From: a virus
DNA: 64,000 bases
IMG/VR virus record: IMGVR_UViG_3300020429_000529
Coordinates: 390,762 to 454,761 of that record
Direction: 5' to 3' (one strand)
Both the position numbers and the translations under genes were made by a program. The notes under the pieces were generated by a model, which saw only the letters and a program-made list of their open reading frames with translations, had not been told where the DNA came from and made no database searches. This document shows, one piece after another, positions 57,754 to 64,000 of the stretch; position 1 is the stretch's first letter; every line of letters begins with the position of its first letter.

Positions 57754-57999
57754 ATGTCAACCGAAATGTCTGACCTCAGCCAGAGAGAAGAAGCCGCCAT
57801 CAATCGGACCCGAGAACTCCTCGTCGCCGCCCTCGAAGAAAGCCTCGAAGAGATCGACAAGGATCACTCGGACGGCGAAACGCCCGAGATCGATGACCTT
57901 GAGGAAACAGCGATGATCGCTGCAAGCCTCTCTCTCATCCGTATGGGCTCCAACGACCCCAGACGCATCCTGACCCAGATCGGCCTCGGAAACGACTGA
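57754..57999 (+). CDS. hypothetical small acidic protein
   Basis: ORF. Confidence 0.4.
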   Translation: MSTEMSDLSQREEAAINRTRELLVAALEESLEEIDKDHSDGETPEIDDLEETAMIAASLSLIRMGSNDPRRILTQIGLGND

Positions 58000-58010
58000 G
58001 GAGCCGCCCT

Positions 58011-58340
58011 GTGAGCCCTGAGTTCATGATGATCGCCCCCGTCATCTCCGTAGCCCTCCTTGCGCTCTCTGCCGCCTGCTACCTGGGTATCGATATCATC
58101 AACAAACAAATGGAACCAGCCCGCTTCAAGAAGCGATGGAACACCCATTACCCCTCGCTCTGCGCCATCCAGCAAGCCCACCGAATTTCGCGCACCAATG
58201 ATGACATCGATCTCTATGAAGAAACAGGTCTCCTCATAGAAAAGATCACCGGCAAAGATAACCTCACAGATCTCAATGTCCTGCTCATGAGACTCGTGGC
58301 AGATAAGAAAGCAGACAACCCATGTCCACAGAACTCATGA
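58011..58340 (+). CDS. TM protein, paralog set B member 1
   Basis: N-terminal TM then HYPSLCAI. Confidence 0.45.
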   Translation: MSPEFMMIAPVISVALLALSAACYLGIDIINKQMEPARFKKRWNTHYPSLCAIQQAHRISRTNDDIDLYEETGLLIEKITGKDNLTDLNVLLMRLVADKKADNPCPQNS

Positions 58341-58480
58341 ACAGCATAGCAGGTCCAGCAGGACTACTCGGAGCCCTCTCCCTGCTCATATCCATCTTCT
58401 CCTTCAAGATGGCCCAAGGACTCGGAACCGTCATCGATAAAGCAGACTACCGCAAATGGAAGATCGAAACCAAAGGATGA
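58322..58480 (+). CDS. hypothetical small membrane protein (52 aa)
   Basis: Not in the ORF track. Confidence 0.3.
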   Translation: MSTELMNSIAGPAGLLGALSLLISIFSFKMAQGLGTVIDKADYRKWKIETKG

Positions 58481-58483
58481 CCC

Positions 58484-58822
58484 TTGAGATTCTTCCTGCT
58501 GTCAACCCATTGCGGTTCCACCTTCTGGGGAGCAAGAGTCGTTCTCAAAGACTTCCTTCGAGAAGTAGAAGTCTACAAACCCTATAGACCCGATGGACAA
58601 TACTCCCCATACCTCACAGAAGAAGAATGCATCAACGAACTCAGCCACCTTCCCCATGTCTTCGTCCCAGATCATCTTATACCCGACTGGATGATGAATG
58701 ACCTCAGAAGACAACAAAGAGAACGAAGTCAGAAACACGATCTGCAAGATTTGATACGAAAGGTCGATGAGCTACGATTGCTCATGCAAGAAGCAATACC
58801 CATCCCCGAGGAGCGCGAATAA
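58484..58822 (+). CDS. hypothetical protein
   Basis: ORF. Confidence 0.45.
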   Translation: MRFFLLSTHCGSTFWGARVVLKDFLREVEVYKPYRPDGQYSPYLTEEECINELSHLPHVFVPDHLIPDWMMNDLRRQQRERSQKHDLQDLIRKVDELRLLMQEAIPIPEERE

Positions 58823-59113
58823 ATGGACCCCGCCAATATACCCGACATCGGACTCTTCTCCCTCCTCTCGCTCTGCCTCGGAGTCGTCGCCCTCTTCGTC
58901 GCCAATAACATAGGTCAAGCACTACAACGCAAAGCCAACAGAGAACGCTACGGATACCCCTGCCTCGCAGCGCTCGAAGACCACATCGAATGGCTCGACC
59001 ACCAACTCCGAGATACCTACTGGAATGACCCACAACAAATCGAAGCCTACAAACAAGAACGTACCAGACTCCAAGAACGACTCGAAACAGAACAAGCAAG
59101 ACAAGGCAACTGA
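58823..59113 (+). CDS. TM protein, paralog set B member 2
   Basis: N-terminal TM then RERYGYPCLAAL. Confidence 0.45.
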   Translation: MDPANIPDIGLFSLLSLCLGVVALFVANNIGQALQRKANRERYGYPCLAALEDHIEWLDHQLRDTYWNDPQQIEAYKQERTRLQERLETEQARQGN

Positions 59114-59116
59114 TCC

Positions 59117-59416
59117 ATGTCCCTTCCTGCAATCTTTGGCATATCATTAGCCCTCATAACCGTCGCTGCGCTGTGCCTGGGATTGGGCTACGTCGTGAAT
59201 ATCTCCCTACGGGAGATAACATGCCGACAACGAACAGGCTACCCCAGCCTCGGAGCTATCGTCAGAGCTTACAGAAGTGTATGTTTTGATATTGATGTCT
59301 ACTACGGAGACTACGGAGACAAAAGGTTCATCAAGATGAGGAGCGAACGCAAACGACTCAGCGACCTGATAGATCAAGAAGAAGACCGACTCCGAAGAAC
59401 AAGGAAAGCAGCATGA
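59117..59416 (+). CDS. TM protein, paralog set B member 3
   Basis: N-terminal TM then RQRTGYPSLGAI. Confidence 0.45.
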   Translation: MSLPAIFGISLALITVAALCLGLGYVVNISLREITCRQRTGYPSLGAIVRAYRSVCFDIDVYYGDYGDKRFIKMRSERKRLSDLIDQEEDRLRRTRKAA

Positions 59417-59769
59417 CCAACGCAACCGCCCAACCCCAATATGCTGCCCACGAGAAGATCGATGGCTCAGGTTCCCAAGACTGCGACCTGTGCGGCTCTG
59501 AGACCGTCGTAGCCGCCTTCGAGTACGAGGACATGCATTGGGTCTCCGAAGACAGACAAGAGTCGCAGGGGACTCGTACAGCCTTCCTCTGCCAACTCTG
59601 CGGAGATAACCCGAAACTACGAGAACTCTACCTCGAAGCCAAAAGCCATGGACCAACGCAAATGAGCGACAACGAAAGAACCATCATCCAACAAGCTGCC
59701 ATCAACAATGCCTCCATGAACCTCGCACTGAATCAGATCAATGACATGTTCCTCGATCATATAACCTGA
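59413..59769 (+). CDS. hypothetical protein with CxxC pairs
   Basis: CDLCGSE ... CQLCGDN. Confidence 0.45.
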   Translation: MTNATAQPQYAAHEKIDGSGSQDCDLCGSETVVAAFEYEDMHWVSEDRQESQGTRTAFLCQLCGDNPKLRELYLEAKSHGPTQMSDNERTIIQQAAINNASMNLALNQINDMFLDHIT

Positions 59770-59776
59770 CCCGAAA

Positions 59777-60652
59777 CACTGAATCAGATACCCCAACCCC
59801 CTCTTCCACTGAATCGGGAAATGCTGCAAAAACACTGGTAAACCTTGTAGCAAATCGTCTGACACTGAATGGCAAAACGAAATCAGGTTTACCAAAACGA
59901 AAATCGATAACACTGAATGGAATGACAAATGTTGTAAGATGCTGGGAAAAGTTGGAGATTCATGGGAATCTCTCCCACTCTGCCCCACTCTGCAACACTG
60001 GTAAATGTTACGGGAAGATTTGATATGGCTCATAAGCTGGAAGACTTGCAGACAGGATTCCCTTTTCTCCATGAAGGTCAGACATGGATGAAGCTGACAG
60101 ACGGTCCTGCGACCTGTCGAGCGACTCCTATCAACGGAGAGGGGAAGGGAGTCATCCATGCTCTGCCTGCAAACGAGATGGTCGAGATGGGCATCGGTCT
60201 GGACGACCTCGAACATGCTATCGAGGAGACCTACCAGAAGTTGCTGGCTGAGGGGACTGAGGACAGCACGGTCAACGAAAAGCATACATCGTTGATGAGG
60301 TTGCTCTCGATCGGAGCGGTCATCGAGAGAGTCGTCAGCATGGCTCAGAGGATCTCGGAGAATACGGCCCATATGGGGACGGAAAGCAGGAAAGAGTAGA
60401 TACTCTGATACTGCTCGTGTGCCGCGACATCTCTGACCTGAACTGTCTCTCCGAAACCTGAAACAAAAACAACTCAGGTTTGCTTTTCACCTGCTGACCT
60501 GGAATCGGCGTCTTGTGGCACTGAATGCCGATAAGCTGGTAGGAGGCACTGAATGAGAGTACGAGGCGTATACATCCGAGGTCACAAGTATCTGCCCGAT
60601 TTGCAGGTAAACTTTCAACAGTTCGATGGCACTGAATCGCATGGCACTGAAT
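59777..60652 (+). repeat. 8 same-strand copies of the octamer CACTGAAT (plus 2 copies of ACACTGGTAAA)
   Basis: Copies start at 59777, 59807, 59853, 59910, 60519, 60547, 60630 and 60645. The last four are GGCACTGAAT; one overlaps the SD/ATG of the ATPase and two lie inside its 5' coding region. Confidence 0.7.
60025..60399 (+). CDS. hypothetical protein
   Basis: ORF inside the motif-rich region. Confidence 0.45.
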   Translation: MAHKLEDLQTGFPFLHEGQTWMKLTDGPATCRATPINGEGKGVIHALPANEMVEMGIGLDDLEHAIEETYQKLLAEGTEDSTVNEKHTSLMRLLSIGAVIERVVSMAQRISENTAHMGTESRKE

Positions 60653-61227
60653 GGGTCACATCGATCCTCGGTCCCAATGGCTCTGGCAAATCGATCATCA
60701 GCCAAGCCATTGCCTGCGCCTTCGCTGGCTCAGTACGAGAGGAGGGCGCTCCTTGCACTGTTTCGGCTGACCTGGTACGAGTAGACTTCGAAGTAGACAA
60801 CGCTGTCATCGCTGCCCAATCCTTCCGAGGGAGGTTCGACAGACATAGCGCCATCGCCGCTCGCTTCGACTCGAAAGGTAAGCATGGCGTTATGATGTAC
60901 GACCGCAATCGGCTGGCGATGGACGTACCAGGAAACTATACAGGCCTCAAGGTCATAGTGCCTATCCTTGCTGACATCCATCTCCGTTCCTTGGAGGACA
61001 GCGTTGTCGTCATCGACGACTTCGACCTGGGGTTGGATGCTTCATTGCGCGGGAAGTTTTTCAAGCACCTTCGGTCTCATCTCCGTCCTCGGCGCAACCA
61101 GTTGATTCTGACTGCGCGGGAAAAGATAGGTGAGATGTATGAGGTGGTGTTGCCTGAGGGACGGGATGTCATGGAGGACGCGATGCGGGAGGTCAGTCTG
61201 CTGGGTAAGAGGCCTGCATCTTCTTGA
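60553..61227 (+). CDS. compact ABC-type / SMC-like ATPase (AAA_21/AAA_23-like)
   Basis: Walker A ILGPNGSGKS near the N-terminus; Walker B / D-loop VVVIDDFDLGLD. AGGAGG RBS with a 6-nt spacer. Confidence 0.65.
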   Translation: MRVRGVYIRGHKYLPDLQVNFQQFDGTESHGTEWVTSILGPNGSGKSIISQAIACAFAGSVREEGAPCTVSADLVRVDFEVDNAVIAAQSFRGRFDRHSAIAARFDSKGKHGVMMYDRNRLAMDVPGNYTGLKVIVPILADIHLRSLEDSVVVIDDFDLGLDASLRGKFFKHLRSHLRPRRNQLILTAREKIGEMYEVVLPEGRDVMEDAMREVSLLGKRPASS

Positions 61228-61903
61228 TGTCATCGATGTAGGGGAGCTTGAACTCATCCTCATGACGGATGATCTTGAACGGCAATCCCCAGTTCAGTCT
61301 GAAGACGTTCTCCGCCAAGCGAGCGACTCGGTTCGAGCCGTCTTGGAACGGCTTTATGCAGCAGAGCCTCAGATTGATCTCGTAGGCCTTCTCGACGAGC
61401 GCTTCGATGTCGTCTTCGTTGAGGAGATGCGGCTGTTCTATCTTTTCCCGATTGGCATCATGGAAGTTTGCGATGTTGAGCAGGAGGTCGTAGAGGTGTT
61501 GTTTGATGGAGTAGGGGTTGGGCATCTCTGTTTCTGAGACCCAGTGTCTTGCTTCGCGCCAGCGTCCGACATCTGATGGATGTATGACGTTTTGGTCTCC
61601 CATCATGTAGCCTTGTTCGGCGACGGACTTAAGCAGGTTTTTGTGAAGTTTTTTGAGCCAGTCGAACTGGTCCATGGCTGTGTAGATTTTGACATCTGCA
61701 GCAGATGGGATCAGGTCTGGATCTGCTGCGAGCGATTTGACCAGGTTGAGGCATTTGAGTTGGCCTTCCACGTGCGGGTGGATTTTGGAACCTGACATTG
61801 TATCATCCAGGTCTTTTTTGAAGAGCGGGATTCTCTCGATTCGGGTCGAGTGGAAGGCAAAGGCAACTTGGTGGTCTCTTGATGGATTTGGGAACCTGCG
61901 CAT
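61193..61903 (-). CDS. Fic/Doc-family-like protein with degenerate motif
   Basis: CIKPFQDGSNRVARLAE against Fic HPFx(D/E)GNGRxxR. P, F, D, G, R, R are conserved but the catalytic His is Lys. Confidence 0.5.
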   Translation of the reverse strand: MRRFPNPSRDHQVAFAFHSTRIERIPLFKKDLDDTMSGSKIHPHVEGQLKCLNLVKSLAADPDLIPSAADVKIYTAMDQFDWLKKLHKNLLKSVAEQGYMMGDQNVIHPSDVGRWREARHWVSETEMPNPYSIKQHLYDLLLNIANFHDANREKIEQPHLLNEDDIEALVEKAYEINLRLCCIKPFQDGSNRVARLAENVFRLNWGLPFKIIRHEDEFKLPYIDDIKKMQASYPAD

Positions 61904-61932
61904 GGATTGTGTATCGGCAGGTAAGGGGTATC

Positions 61933-61997
61933 AAAGATAGGTGCAGAGTTCGGGTTGGTAGTCAAAGATAGGTGCGCGGGAAAATGAAGATAGGTGC
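61933..61997 (+). repeat. 3 direct repeats of AAGATAGGTGC at 25-30 bp spacing
   Basis: Copies at 61934-61944, 61965-61975 and 61987-61997. Confidence 0.6.
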
Positions 61998-62950
61998 AAT
62001 CTGGTAGTGCCTGACCGGAACCCCTTGCTGAGAGGAAGGGGACGTAGATGGCGGAGGGCGTCAGATGTCGGGATGTAGCCCTGGGGGAGAGGGCTCCTCG
62101 ACGAGGCAGACTCTTCTGAAGGGGTTGTTCCCCAGGGCGCAACCCTGACAGCCTGGCCGTAAGAAGACATCAGCCCGATGACGCCATCGAGATGCTGATG
62201 ACGTTGCTCAGGCGTCAGGATCCGGATGTCGCTGAGGGCTCGGGGTTGCACTGTTTTGCACTGTTCGCACGTGACGCATGTGCTTCAGAACGGCCTTCAG
62301 AGGCTCTGAAGACGGTTTTGGGGTCTCGTGCGGTTGAGTGTGCGCAGCGAGCCTGAGGCACTGTTTGCTCGTCGAGGTACATCGGGATCCTGAGGCGGAG
62401 GAGACGCTCCTCAAGGAGGCGGGCTGAAGGACCAAGGAGAGATGGCTCTTCGGGCTTCTTCAGGCTCCTCGGGCTGTATGTGCGGTCCTTCAGGCGACGT
62501 AAGTCGTTGGTCTTCAAGGACTTGTAGCACTGTTTGCTACTGAGAAGGCGGCCTTCAGATGCCGTACATGAACCGAATCGGGAGGTCTCTTGGTCGGGAG
62601 AATGGGACATCTCTTGGAGTATCCTGCTGGCCGACGCAGGCGATTAGGGTTTTGAGGGGTCTCAGGTTGGCTCAGGTTGGGCGCTGAAGAGTTTCGTAAG
62701 TCGTTGCTGCAGCGGGGTTTACGTCTTTCTGAGGAGCCAAGAAGAGAAAGGAGCGGGCTTCAGCCGGCTGGCCGCCGGCTCATCTCTGCTGAGATGGGTA
62801 AGATCTTGGCTCGCAAATGTGCCAGAAGAGGGCTTCTGGGGCGAATAACGGCAGTTGGCTGCTCGTTGCGGGTGATGTCTTTGGGGGCTACGATCACATC
62901 CAAGGACGGAGCGGAGGAGACATCTCCGCCGTCAAGAAGCGAGGACAGCT

Positions 62951-63643
62951 ATGACCAAGAAGACTACCGAGAAGGGCAAAGAGACGTATTTGGACCATGC
63001 TGCTGAGGCCTCAAGGCCGATTTCGCAGCGGAAGCCCGTCAGTCAGGGGAGGCAAGGCACGCTTCCTCCTCGGCGTCATCATCTCCTTCCGGATCAGCAG
63101 GATGAGCTACTGAAGCGGATGGCGGACGACGGGGGCTTCGTCAGCCCCTACAAGCGGTTCGGCGCTTACGACGGTCTCGTCATGGCTCTGGCTCGTCTGG
63201 GCGAGAATGAGAGCCACGCTCTTGGTCAAGTCTTGGGCGAGTTCGAGCGGTACATGTCTGACGAGGACTCGAAGGACGGTCGGGATCGGACGGCATGGGA
63301 CCGCTTCAGGGATAAGAAGAGTCGGAGCGAGAAGACGGGCCTCGACCACATGGGTCGTCTGAAGCAGAATGTGACGGTCCTTCAGCGGATGGGCGGCGAG
63401 CATCCTTACGCCTTGAAGTTGGCGCAGCTTGGTTGCTGCGTTGACATCATGAAGGGCGAGCGAGGGGAGTTCAGGGTTCGTCTTCGTACTGGGGTTCCTA
63501 TTGGGGACGACATCGTGCCGAAGAACGAGTTCCGCAGCAGGGATTGTCCGAGGTCTGTTATGGCCCTCCGCAGTCAGATGAGGTTTGCTGGTACGACTTC
63601 GCCGTCGAGGGGGCCGGTCAGTGACGGTTCGGGAAAAGACTAA
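62951..63643 (+). CDS. hypothetical protein
   Basis: ORF, higher GC. Confidence 0.45.
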   Translation: MTKKTTEKGKETYLDHAAEASRPISQRKPVSQGRQGTLPPRRHHLLPDQQDELLKRMADDGGFVSPYKRFGAYDGLVMALARLGENESHALGQVLGEFERYMSDEDSKDGRDRTAWDRFRDKKSRSEKTGLDHMGRLKQNVTVLQRMGGEHPYALKLAQLGCCVDIMKGERGEFRVRLRTGVPIGDDIVPKNEFRSRDCPRSVMALRSQMRFAGTTSPSRGPVSDGSGKD

Positions 63644-63775
63644 AGAGGGACGGTCGCAGGTGGGGTTCCATCGAGTATAAAGGTGTGCGGTCGAATCTCG
63701 GCTCTGCCACTGACGGCCAACGGCTGTCGGCAGAGTCGTTCGACTTACAGGCACTCTCAGATGGAGAATCCCCAA

Positions 63776-64000
63776 TGCCCCGTACCTCAACTCGACTGAG
63801 GGAAGAAACCCCCAATCTTCCCAACGACCACCTCATTCAGGACATGATCGCCAGTCTCGGCATGAACAATGACGAGATTCTCGCGATCCTCTATAGGCGA
63901 GAGCAGAACGTCGATTGCATCATCGACGGCGCTGTTCTGCATCCCGAGACCGGCAAGCCGATGAGCCGCGCCGATGCGCTGGAGTTGCTCGATCTTGACG
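63776..64000 (+). CDS. hypothetical protein, 3'-partial (runs off the window)
   Basis: MPRTSTRLREETPNLPNDHLIQDMIASLGMNNDEILAILYRR...; open to the window end. Confidence 0.45.

Noticed and set aside
59770-60660. CRISPR array
   Set aside because: The repeats are only 8-10 bp, irregularly spaced (15-83 bp) and partly inside coding sequence. They do not have the 28-37 bp regular repeat-spacer architecture.
61904-62950. Hidden protein-coding genes in the 1-kb gap
   Set aside because: Every frame on both strands gives low-complexity R/S/L/G-rich translations, and the region is full of short DNA repeats. A frameshifted gene cannot be fully excluded without comparative data.

Overview
This 64-kb window reads as a bacteriophage or prophage accessory/early region. 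GC is about 55% in most genes. Nearly all genes are on the + strand and tightly packed; many junctions are ATGA/ATG-overlap and many starts have GGAGG-type ribosome-binding sites. No capsid, terminase or tail genes were recognised.

Main recognisable content:
- Auxiliary metabolism and host takeover: PRPP synthetase, Nudix hydrolase, YbiA-like NADAR protein, GroES/GroEL, ECF sigma factor, thioredoxin, Dam methyltransferase, MazG, a deoxyribonucleotidase, a nucleoside deoxyribosyltransferase-like protein and two tandem dCMP-deaminase-family genes.
- RNA/tRNA repair and modification: T4-like Pnkp, a KxDG RNA ligase, RtcB, a TilS-like PP-loop ATPase and a truncated HisRS-like protein.
- A mobile island at 19.8-22.1 kb: a structured leader RNA, a high-GC3 foreign gene, an HNH and a LAGLIDADG homing endonuclease, and a duplicated HNH fragment.
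- Several tandem arrays of small paralogous proteins.
- A motif-dense intergenic block, 8 copies of CACTGAAT, in front of a compact ABC-type ATPase that converges on a degenerate Fic/Doc-like gene.
- A roughly 1-kb non-coding repeat-rich region at 61.9-62.9 kb.

No tRNA, rRNA or CRISPR array was recognised. Domain calls rest on motifs visible in the translations; no database search was run.
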